This document shows positions 24,281-34,803 of a DNA stretch of 41,495 bases, one piece after another (position 1 is the first letter of the stretch; every line of letters begins with the position of its first letter). The stretch is taken from positions 1-41,495 of the forward strand of contig JTLS01000028.1 of assembly GCA_000826855.1 (NCBI GenBank). Direction: 5' to 3'. A program made the position numbers and the translations under genes. The notes under the pieces are model-generated. The model was not told the DNA's origin. It saw only the letters and a list, made by a program, of their open reading frames with translations, and searched no databases. Source of the stretch: Basidioascus undulatus. Taxonomy: Eukaryota.

Positions 24281-26655
24281 ATGCCAGCTTGCCCTGCCTG
24301 TGGCGAGTCCACGATCGAGTACGACTCGGCCTCGGGCTCGTCATTCTGCGGCGGATGCGGTCTCGTCTTAGAGGAGAACAATATCGTCTCCGAGATCGCG
24401 TTCGGCGAGCTCAGCTCCGGCCAGGCGATCGTCCAGGGTACCTTCGTGTCCAATGATGCCAGTAAGACTCCTTCTTCACTCCGGGTTAGGTGGTTACTCA
24501 TGACGGATGGATGAACGCCATTGCAGCCAAGGCTAGCACGGGAGGGAGGCATGGAGGGAGCATGGAGTCTAGGGAGAGGACCATCGCTGAAGGTGAGCAT
24601 GCGTCAACCATCTGGTCTGGATTGCCAAAGCTCATGCGGAGGGGTTCTTAAGGTCGCCGCCGCATCCGCATGCTCGCCGCCGCGATGAAGCTGCCGGAGC
24701 GCATCGCCGAGTCGGCTCAGCGCTTCTTCAACCTCGCCATCTCGACCGACTTCATCCGCGGCCGGCGGTCGCAATACGTGATCGCGGCGTGCCTCTATGT
24801 GACGTGCAGGATAGAGAAGACGAGCCACATGCTTATCGACTTCTCGGACATGCTCCAGGTGAGTTCGTGTGCCTCTAGCATTTGCAAGGCGGAAAGTGGA
24901 TCACTCTCATGTGTCCATGAACTGGAGCCGCGGACATGTCACCAAAAAATGTTGCACATGCTGGCGTTCAGCGTCTGACGCGTCAGCCTCTTACAGGTCA
25001 ACGTCTTCGTTCTCGGCAACACGTACCTCAAGCTTGTCCGCGAGCTGAACCTCACCCTGCCCCTCATCGAGCCTTCCTTCTACATCTCCCGTTTCGCCGC
25101 GCTCCTCGAGTTCGGGGACGAGACGCACAAGGTCGCGACGGACGCGGTCCGCCTCGTCAAGCGCTTCAACCGCGACTGGATGGACGCCGGTCGCCGCCCA
25201 GCCGGCATCTGCGGCGCGTGCCTCCTGCTCGCGGCGCGCATGAACAACTTCCGGAGAAGCATCCAGGAAATTGTACAGGTCGTCAAGATCGCCGACGTGA
25301 CGCTCCAGAAGCGTCTGGACGAGTTCGCGCGGACGCCGAGCGGCGATCTGACGGTACAGGACTTCCGCACTGTCTGGCTCGAGCAGGGCGCCGACCCGCC
25401 GGCGTACACAGCCGGGTTGGCGCCGAAGAAGAAGAAGGGAATGGACGGGAAGAAGGGAAAGGGAAGGAGAAGGAAGGAAGACGCGGACGACGTGGAGAAG
25501 AGTGTCAAGACGGAGGCTGGCGGAGACGAGGACAAGGAGGACGAGGGCGAGGAAGACTTGCTGGGCGAGGACGAACAACCCGAGATGGACCAGCTATCCT
25601 CCCCGCCAATCTCGAACGGCAAAGGGAAGGGCCGCGCTCTACCGCTTCCCACCTCCGCCACGCCCGCGCCCACATCCTCCGTCGACGACCCTACCTCATC
25701 CGCCTCTGCCGACGCACCCGCACGAGCCCTAGCCACTCCCCTCTTCGGATCTCTCGACTTCACTACCCCTCAACAACATTCCTCCCCATCGACCTCGCTC
25801 GCCCCCGCCGCGGCCTCCGAAGCAGACGCGCTAGTCGACGCGTCCATCTCGGCCGAGGTCGAGTCTTTTCTGCAGAAGGACGCCGAGGCGGCGACGCTCA
25901 AGGACCAGCTCGACAGCGCCGAGACCGCGCGGCTGGCGGCTCTGCAGGAGCAGGAGGTGCAGGACGAGCTTGCGGGACTGGACGAGGACGAGCTGGACGC
26001 GATGATCTTGACCGAGAACGAGGTGCGCATCAAGGAGCGCGTGTGGGTCGAGTTCAACAAGGATTACTTGGAGAAGCTGGCTGGTAAGTCCTTCGTACGC
26101 ACGGGCTTCGCGCTGCTGGATGATGCTGACCGGATACTTTTCCCTGCAGCCAAGCACGCTGCGCAGGGCGACGACCCCAAGCCGGTCGAGCGGAAGAAAG
26201 TGCGTTTCTTGCAACGTCTTGTTCACACGCCTCCTTCGCTCACTTAGTCTTCCTTCACAGCGCAAGCGCAAGAACAAGGACGCCTCCGCCGGCCCATCGA
26301 CGACAGCCGCCGCGTCCGTGACGGCGATGGTGAAGCAGAAGAAGCTCTCGAAGAAGATCAACTACAACGTTATCGAGAACCTGTTCTCCGACGGCAAGAA
26401 GCGCGAGGGCAGCACCGCGGCCGGCAGCGGCGCGGAGGACAAGGATGACGAGGGCCCGGAGGTGGTCGACGTGGAGGACGACGGCCACGCTGCAAAGCGT
26501 GCCAGGTTGGACGACGATGACGATAAGGGTGAAGAGAAGGAGGACGAGGAAGACTACGGTACGTGTGCCGTATCCCTTTCGCGTCGCTTGTCTTTAGATG
26601 TTGGCTAATGTTCTGCGGTTCCTTCGCAGGCGAGGGCGATGACTACTGGGATTGA
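24281..26655 (+). CDS. BRF1: TFIIIB subunit Brf1, multi-exon
   Basis: Zn ribbon CPACG...CGGCGLVLEENNIVSEIAFGE; cyclin folds (FIRGRRSQYVIAACLYVTCR, DWMDAGRRPAGICGACLLLAARMNNFRRS); EVRIKERVWVEFNKDYL; KKLSKKINY. Confidence 0.97.
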
Positions 26656-27049
26656 TCCGCCTGCCCTTCTAGCTGGACTTTGACGCCATTTTCGGACTTG
26701 ACTTTGGTGACATGGGTGTTTGATTTGTATTACTTATACCTGTTGTTTTGCGCTTCACATCGATTATGTTCCTACCGTTCCCGTTCGTCCTGGAAATCTG
26801 GATGGATTAATGACGTGGCCTGAAGACCGCTGATGCTTTTTGCTACCTCAGAGAACTCACTGCCAGCAGAAAGCTGCTGAAACTTTTGCGGGCAGGGGTA
26901 CTCGAGCATCCCAAGGCGATGTGCTCATGCATCACACGTCTCGTGCTTGATCTGCTAAAAAGCAGCATCACAAATACTCCAGAACGCTGAACAAAACTAC
27001 AAGCAAAACAATGACGGTAGAAATGTGTTGAAGCGACAGATGACAAGCA

Positions 27050-27490
27050 GGAAAAAGGTGGCAGAATCAGATGCTGGACGGAAGCTCCCTGTCCCACTTC
27101 GCTTCGATGGCCTGGAATTTGGTCGATCGCGGTCAGACATGAGTGGCATACAGCATTGTGGTCCTTGCTTGAGCAAGCTATCTTTGTGCCTAGTCGCGCA
27201 CGCTGAAATGCTTGCCAGTGCAAAACACCATGCGTTGGTCGGCAATGAAGACGCCAACAAGGCTTTGGAACCACTGCTGGAAATTAACGGTGTCGTGACT
27301 GTGGGAGCCTTTTACCGCGGTGTCTTCTGTGGTGGAGGCTGAGCATCGAGCGCAAAACGGGAGACCCGGCCGAGAGAAGCACGCGATCGACGAAAAAAAC
27401 GGTGCCGTGGGAAGAACGCAGAGCCAAGTCGGTGTCCGCAGCGAAGATGGTAGAGACCGTAACTGTTACCACATCTGCCCGAGCTGTCAT
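27050..27490 (-). pseudogene. Degenerate BTB/POZ-domain gene
   Basis: DTDLALRSSHGTVFFVDRVLLSAGSPVLRSMLSL matches a BTB N-terminal half, but the frame stops at 27284 and the downstream sequence is fragmented across frames. 3' end approximate. Confidence 0.55.
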
Positions 27491-28231
27491 AGCGCGTGAT
27501 GGTGCGGGAACGCAATGTGAATTGGGTACTGCGGAAAGAGTGAGAAGTTTTCGAACGTCCTTTCGAAAGAGCTGGGTAATGCGGCGGATAGGAGGTATCA
27601 GTGGAGGAGGCAAAAGGGAAGCTCACAACACGAAAGGCAACACCAAGCGGGTTCATTCGGAACTGGCTGCGATTGTCTCGCTATTGGTTAGTGCGCGCCC
27701 CGAATACAAAGCAAGTACCGTGAGATACGAAGGCCATATCAGACAGCAAGACTTGTAAGCGCCAACAGTCAAGCGACAGCCGGCTCGCGCAGCCTTCTTA
27801 TGTAACACCTCTCCCCTTCCCCAATGGGGCAGGTTCGATCTTCCCAAACATATCACAGCCACTTCAGGTTTACTGATGCTTTTCAGCTGATAGCCCTCTG
27901 AGCATACCTCGAGTAGCGTCGTATCCACGTTGGCTACAGTCACGAAGCTCTTAACATCGGTTGGTTTATCAAAGTTTCACCAGCAATGCAATGTGCTTCT
28001 GAGGTGATACCGGCCTAATAAGGTTGGCACACTGGCTGTTCAGCGCCAATGCATTGCGTTCAAACTTATCAAGGATACAGGAAGCGAATCTCGGAAAGCC
28101 TGGTATTATGCGATGCGGTGCGAAGGCTCAAGTCGAGGTCCACGTATGAAATTGAAGATTCCTCTGCAAGAAATTCAGCAGCTGCAAGAAGGATATGTAT
28201 CTACCCATAAAATCACTCACCGTACTCGAGC

Positions 28232-28731
28232 TCACTCAACGGCGATGCGCTGCGCCGTCGGCGCCTGGATCTTCGGGTACGTAACGCGCAAGACGCCGTC
28301 CTCGAGCTTGGCCTTGATATCCTCCGACTTGAGGCCCTGGGGAACAGGCAAGCTACGCGAGAACGACCCGAAGCGGCGCTCACGGACGATGTGCCCGCCT
28401 TCGCTGGTCTCCTGCTCCGATTTGGTTTCGCCCGAGACGGTCAGACGTCCGCCGTCGAGGTTGATGTGGATGTCCTCCTTCTTGATGCCTGGAAGCTCGA
28501 GGGTGGCTGTGATGCTGTCCTTATCTTTGTGCACGTCGAGCCTGCGAAGAAGAAATAGGGTGTCAGCCGTTTGCAGAAGAGCCGGAGGGCGGAGACGTAC
28601 TTGGGGCGAAGGAGCGCCTTCGTGAGCGACTGCTCGTAGGTGTTGCGGGAAGCGCCACCAGAGCGCTGGGAGACGGCCTCGTCGAAGAAGCGCTGGAAAT
28701 CGGCGAAGGGGTCGGCGAAGATGAGGGACAT
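28232..28731 (-). CDS. Small heat-shock protein (HSP20/alpha-crystallin), 2 exons
   Basis: MSLIFADPFADFQRFFDEA...LRP | LDVHKDKDSITATLELPGIKKEDIHI...RERRFGSFSRSLPVP...IKAKLEDGVLRVTYPK; one GT-AG intron ~28599-28542. Confidence 0.95.
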
Positions 28732-28840
28732 TGTGGGTCGTTGAAAGTGATGTGTTGCAGCGGAATGCGAATGCGGCTGCGAGTACGAGAGCGAGTTGCG
28801 AATGCGAGTGGATTGTCCCTCACCAGGTGTGAACTCAGCC

Positions 28841-28941
28841 TTTTATATTCCCATTCTATGCATTATCCCGCCCATTGCCAGCAGCCGCAATGTGACGATG
28901 TGGAGCTAGGCGAGCGGAGAAGGGCTGAGAAAGCTCGAGAG
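28841..28941 (-). promoter_or_regulatory. HSP20 promoter: TATAAAA box and degenerate heat-shock element
   Basis: TATAAAA on the minus strand at 28847-28841; GAA units at 28919 and 28929 (10-nt spacing) followed by CTCnnGAG, an imperfect nGAAn array. Confidence 0.35.
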
Positions 28942-29304
28942 AGGTCGACGGCGTCGCGCCACGAACCGACCTGATTGTAATTGAGGTCGCGCTTTATCTT
29001 TATTTTTGTTAAGAATCAATAGAAGGTAAAAGGTTATTTTTGTGCCCTTCCCAGCTCGTGAGGACGATCACGAAGGATGTATTGTCTAGGAGCACGTTCG
29101 TCGTGACGATGCTCACTTGGCAACCCATCCTGCAAATACGTTTTTCTGCACAAGCAAGCTTGAGAAACATCTGAGGGCGGACATATCCTCTCGCCCAAAC
29201 AAACAATTCATCCAGGTATCTAAGCGTAACAAGCTGTAGATAAGAAAACGAAAGGGGGAAAGGAGGAGGTCCTTGACAGTGGTTGTACCGATCGCAATTC
29301 GCCC

Positions 29305-29770
29305 TCACAAGAGCCCTTTCTCGTCCGCCAGCCTCTCTAACTGTTTTGCGATACCCCAGAGCCTCTCCCTGTTCCACATCGACGGCGAGCTCTTACACGC
29401 CCTCGCGTACGCAAGCCAGGGGAACGCGCCAAAATCCTCGTCCTCGTCCCCGACCTCCCGGGCCCCTCGTGCACGAGCTGTGCGCACTTGAGCGTCCCAC
29501 CACCCGACCTCGGCCCGACCGTGCTCGCCATCGACGGCTTGGGGTAGCAGTTGAAGGTGGAAGGTTGCGAGGGGGAATCGGAGGGCGGTACACGTGCCGA
29601 GGAGGGCGAGGACGGACGGGAGGGGTAGGCGGGACGCAATGAGCAGGAGGACGTCGCCGGGGAGGCACGCGAGCCCGGCGCGGCGGACGGCGCTGGTGGA
29701 GGACGAGGACGTGCGGACGCCGACGGACGTGGGGACGAGCGGGCACGCGAACGCCTCAGCAATGGGGGAC
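29305..29770 (-). pseudogene. Orphaned last exon of an F-box-containing gene (5' part missing)
   Basis: LACLPGDVLLLIASRLPLPSVLALLGTCTALR (F-box) and FPWLAYARAC-SSPSMWNRERLWGI. It is preceded by an intron 3' end (GCTCAC...CAACAG) whose upstream sequence runs straight into the opposite-strand GNAT fragment. Confidence 0.6.
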
Positions 29771-29799
29771 CTGTTGCATATTTGGAGTGAGCTTAAACT

Positions 29800-30462
29800 T
29801 GCCGGCATCGACCGTGCCGGGTTCGAGGGGTACTTTGGCGGGGCGGATCTGTTTGTTGGGGTGCTGGAGGGGAGGGCGGGAAAGCTCTGGAGAGCGTGGG
29901 GAAGGCTGAGTGGGAGGAGGTCTTAGGCGGATTCTTCTATGTGAGTATTACTGTCTTTCCTTGCCTGGACGTTAGATTGACACATGCTCGATGTATGTGC
30001 AGATCAAGCCCAACTACCCCGGTCATTCATTACATGTTTGTTCCTGCTTGCCTTCCGTTAATCACTCCCTTCCACCGCTCACCCCTCGTGCGTTGCAGAT
30101 CTGCAATGGCGGCTTCATTGTCCCGCCCAACCGGCGCGGTTTGAAGCTGGGCAACCTCCTCGGCCAGTCGTACTTGCACTTCGCTCCTCAACTCGGGTAC
30201 AAGGCCTGTACGTCCTTTCATCCATCCCCATCTCCATTCCTCGTCCCTTCTGCCAACGACCTCCCTCTAACTCTGCTCACCTCCCCCCCACTCAGCTGTC
30301 TTCAACCTCGTGTACACGACCAACCTCGCCTCCATCGCAATTCGGGAGCGCCTCGGCTTCACCCGCGTGGGGTTCATCCCGCGCGCAGGGAGGCTTAAGA
30401 CGGTCGACGGGACCGGAGAAGAGTGGGCCGACATGGCGATTGTTTGGAAGGGCTTTGAGTGA
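29800..30462 (+). pseudogene. Mpr1/Spt10-type GNAT N-acetyltransferase, 5'-truncated and frameshifted
   Basis: DRAGFEGYFGGADLFVG, WEEVLGGFFY|IKPNYPGHSLH|ICNGGFIV...LGQSYLHFAPQLGYKA|VFNLVYTTNLAS...LGFTRVGFIPRAGRL. Frameshift near 29872; the family motif YPGRSSH is altered; no start region. Confidence 0.8.
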
Positions 30463-30910
30463 GGGGGCTACATGTAGAGACGTCGGCTGTGTTGGGATGG
30501 CGATTTCCAATTGGACTGTTTCTCTCGAGTAGAAATTTACAATGCTATAGTGCAAGAACTACCTGGTTTCTAGAGCTACCTGAATCTTTCTTTAAAAGGT
30601 CGTTATTTGCGAGACAGCTTGCTGGGCTGAACGATTCACGACACGTCGACAGCCAGGTTTCAACTCAACATCATTGAACGTCACAATGGCAGTTGTGATT
30701 TGGAAGCTGCAGGGGATGAGTAATTTTGAAATTTATTGTAGGTTTCGAAACGTAACTGCGGCAGCAACGAAAGGCCCAGGCTGCATGGCAGTTGGAAAGG
30801 CAAAGAACAGAGAAACTTCAAGGCGGCGTGCGGCGAACGCCTCTTCGTCCTTCCTTCCGTACTTCTTGCCTCCGCACCCAGGATCTCAATCGATCTCACC
30901 TCTGGCTAAC

Positions 30911-32257
30911 ATGAGTATCTTCAACCGACCTCTAATCGCTGTGAACTTCGGTACGAATCTCATTTTCGTTTGCCCATCGGGCCCGACATCGAACCCGGAC
31001 CCTGCTCTACCCAGACGATAGAGGTGCCGCTCGAGCCCGGTGGACGCATGTTGGGCCCAGGCACTCATGCGTACGTGGTAGTGCTTAGCAAGCAATTCAA
31101 GATGTCGAGGGACTGATGGGTTGCGCAGCTTCGAGTTCTTGTTTCGCATTCCACGCGACACTGCGACGCATCAGCGGTGTAGCTACGGGTCTGTGATACA
31201 TCAAGTTGAGGCCGTGGCCGCGTTCGAAAGCTGGCTTGTTGGGTCCGTTCAGGCAACTCATGTGCGTATAACGTGGTTCGTTACTACGTCTTTCTAAGGG
31301 TGCTAACTGTGATTCTTCGGCAGGATACGGCATTCGTGGTCTGCTGTTCGCCCACCGCCAGCACGCCGACGGATTCGGAGTATGTCTTTCCCCTTCTTCA
31401 ACCTTCACGGTATTACCCTAACATATCTCGTGTGTACTAGCTTCTCGCCATCTCTGGTCGCACTCCACATCTGACACTCGGCGGCCTGCTTCGCCTCTCG
31501 ATCAAGTTCCCGTCGCCCTCGCCGACCCTCACTCTTCGTTCCGTCGATGTGGCTCTCCTACAGAAGCCGTCGTTGCACCGATGGTCCAAGCCAGGTCATG
31601 CCGACGAGCTACCTGTCGAGCGGCTGCAGATTGTGCAGAGCTGCGACTCTGCTGGCGGGCAGGACTTGAGGCACGCTGGAGACGACGCGGGATGGGAGCG
31701 CGCGTGGATCCTACGAATACCAGAGGATGACCACGCTGGTGAGAACGTAATCCATGTCCTTGGAGCACAAGTCTGACTGCATGGTGCATGGCAGGCCCTC
31801 CTCGCAGCCTGAAAGCGACGACGCGATCCGATCACGCACGAACTGGAGGTCCGGCTCCGTTACACCCACGGCGTGTCGTTGGCGCGGCCCAAAAGGCTGG
31901 TAATAGTGTGGACGAATCCCATTAATATCCTTCATGTGGGTCAAATGACTTTTTACTATTCCGTAACACGACCGACTTACCTGGATCATTCTCCGTCAGT
32001 GCCTGAACGCGATCCCGAGCACTCTTCTCCCGCTCTACTCTTCGGACGACCCGCGCTCCGGCATGTCGCCGGTATACTCTCATCCTTCCCCGGCCTCGCA
32101 CGCCCAGGTGGGTGTCCTCTCTCGACCCTGCGCCTCCGTCGACATCTCATGCGTCTGTCCTCCGCAGTGTGCATGCGGCCAGCCGCTGAACGCGTTGCTG
32201 GCTGCGGACATATCGCTCGCGGGAACCCTGCCAGACTCTCAGTCGATCTCGAGCTAG
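30911..32257 (+). pseudogene. Degenerate arrestin-like adaptor gene
   Basis: LGPGTHA|FEFLFRIPRDTATHQRCSYGSVIHQVEAVA, TPHLTLGGLLRLSI, LRIPEDDH-RPSS...ITHELEVRLRY, LPLY (LPxY) and CACG tail. TAG 31019-31021 with a frame change, apparent internal deletion, frameshift near 31830. Confidence 0.6.
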
Positions 32258-32879
32258 GGGGCTTCCGCTGTCTGATGTTGTTGACGATGCGGAGAACGTA
32301 AGCACTGGATGGGGCAGCGGTGCAGCGATGCGGAGATCGGAAGTCTATGTAAGGCGCCATCAAGAAGTAGTTTACGGTCATCTAATACCGCAAAATGATG
32401 CTTGTGAGGGCCCACTTAGGTCGACGGGTGACCGCAACTAACCATGCGCTGCCCCGTTTCCGCGCTTCCACTACACAGTTTTCACGGCTCTTTGAGGTGA
32501 GCTAATCAGTTCTAAATATTTTCGTCTTAATATTTCCTTCCTATAGTCCTATAGCTGCCGTCTTTGAAAGGCTTGCAATTGCGCCCAGACCATATCCTTC
32601 TCCACTGGCCTGCCAGCAGGCACTCGCGCCGCGACGTGGCGGGTTTTGAGCCTGCGAAATCTAGACACATTCACTGATTTACAAAAGTTCTCTGTTTGAG
32701 GCTGTGGAGCCTGGCGGCTGCTGCAAGCGTTTGAGGTCCCAAATGACTACTGAAACTGCCCACAGCGAAGACCGCAGTTCCGCGCGAGCGCGTCGCGAGG
32801 CTCAAGCGGCAGCCGCGTTCTCCAGCTGTGCCACGAACCATCATCAGGTCGCAGCTTTCTGCCCCTCGGCCTTTCACTC

Positions 32880-34515
32880 ATGAGTGCATCAAAGTATGCC
32901 GGTCTCCCGGACATTGTGCGTAATGCTCACGCTTTCGCTTTAACTTCGAGCTCATCCATGCCCGCACGCAGGACACGGCGCCGGACGTGTACGAGACCCC
33001 CGACCCAGACCTCCTTCCATCTCCGTCAGTGAGTGGTTTTTCAGGTTAGCACTACACAGAACGAACTGACGCATTTCCATGCGAGATTGCAGTACTCCGA
33101 TAATGACGAGTCGGCGTCTCTGCCTAAGCAGAACGAGGCGATAGACGGAAGCGCCCTCCCTGCCTTGCGAGAAGCAGGCAAGCGGTTTCGTGGGAAGCGT
33201 GGGGGTGAACGCGGCGGTGGTGAGTCTGCATTTTCTCGGGCTTTGAGGTACTGAGTGAAGGAATATCTGACGGATGGCGGTACGCCTTGCGTAGACCCGC
33301 TGTCTTCCCACCTCCCCCCATCCTCCGAATACGCCCTCCTTCCTCGTGGCGGCCGCACTGCCCGTCCCACTCCTTCATTCCCGCGCTTCAGGGACCACTC
33401 CGATTCAGACGACGGCGAGCACGAGTCGCCGCTGGACCGATTGCGGCGACTGCGATTCGAGATCGGCGAGCTCGAGAAGGAGATTGGCGAGCTGCCGCCT
33501 GTTCCTGAGCGGCAGGCCGAGGCGGAGGAGACAGAGGAGGATGCGCGACGACGACGGAAGGCGCCTGGGCCGACGCCCGCGGATATGCTCAATCAGCTCG
33601 TCTCCCTGCGGACTGACCTCATCAGGCTGTCCACAACCGTCCTTTCGCCCACCGCCGAGGCGGCCCCGTCTGGGCCCGTTGCGCTCCTCGGCCGTTTGGG
33701 TGCTCTCCCCGGCGAGCTGCCCAACGGCGCTGCGTCTCATGAGCCTGCGGCTGTCCCGGATGGCGCCCCCGTAACCGACAACAAGCTCCTGGCGGAGGCT
33801 GATAGGCGGATCGGTGAGCTGGAGAAGGCTATTGGGGCGGGGGAGATTGCGCTGAACTCGGAGGTGAGTTTCTTTCCGTCTCTGTGGAGATGATCTGACG
33901 CAAGGCGGGCGCCTATGCTACCGGTACTGATGTCTAACGGGCTGCGTGTGACAGTCTGCAACGCCCTTCCCCACTCCCTTGCTCCCGACGCTCCTGAAGC
34001 TCGAGCACCAGCTCACGCTCCTCACCCAACCTCGCCACCTCGACGCCATCTCCCGCCGTCTGAAGCTGCTCAACAGCGAGCTGGAGCGCGCCAGCGAGTC
34101 GCGGCGCAAGCTCGGCCTCTCCCCCGCGGCCGCCCCCGCCATCGCATCCACCACCGCCCCCGCCGGCGGCGCTTCCTCCTCTGGGCTCTCAGCGCAAGTC
34201 GTCGGCCGTATCGACTCGCTATTCGAGCTCCTCCCGCGCCTCGACCCCCTCCTGCCGCTCGCGCCGCACCTTCTCGAGCGCCTGCGCAGTCTTGCGACGC
34301 TGCATGCGTCTGCGGCCGGGTTCGCAGGCACGCTGGCGGGCCTTGAGCGCGACCAGGCCAGCTTGGCGGATGGGCTGAGGGGGTTGGAGGTGGCTGTGAA
34401 GGGCGTGGAGGGCAGTTTGGCGGAGAACGAGGTGAGGGTGAAGAGCAACGTTGAGGGTCTTGCAGGTCGGGTCGAGGCGCTGGAGGGCCGGATGAAGGCG
34501 TTGGGAGGGCCGTAG
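32880..34515 (+). CDS. DCTN2: Dynactin subunit 2 (dynamitin/p50), multi-exon
   Basis: MSASKYAGLPDI|DTAPDVYET, ESPLDRLRRLRFEIGELE, ADRRIGELEKAIG, LEHQLTLLTQPRHLDAISRRLKLL, LPLAPHLLERLRSLATLHASA. Confidence 0.92.
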
Positions 34516-34803
34516 AGCATCTGCTTCGTGTCGCACATCATCGTATATCTTAGTCTACGTTTTTTTTCTGCCTGCTGATATTGTTATAAGCGGAAATGGT
34601 CTGCTCTTTCGTTCAGTCTCTGTTCTTTGGCATCGCGTCGGCCGTGTCTCCTGACATTTAGTCTCACGTGACCTGACCTGACTTCAGAGCGAGATGCGAC
34701 CCAGACGCGTCCTGCCTACCTCAACGTCGTTCTCATCAACCTCTGCATAGCCGTCCCTTCACACGACAGCATATCAAGTTACACGCGCGAAAAGGGTCAC
34801 TTT

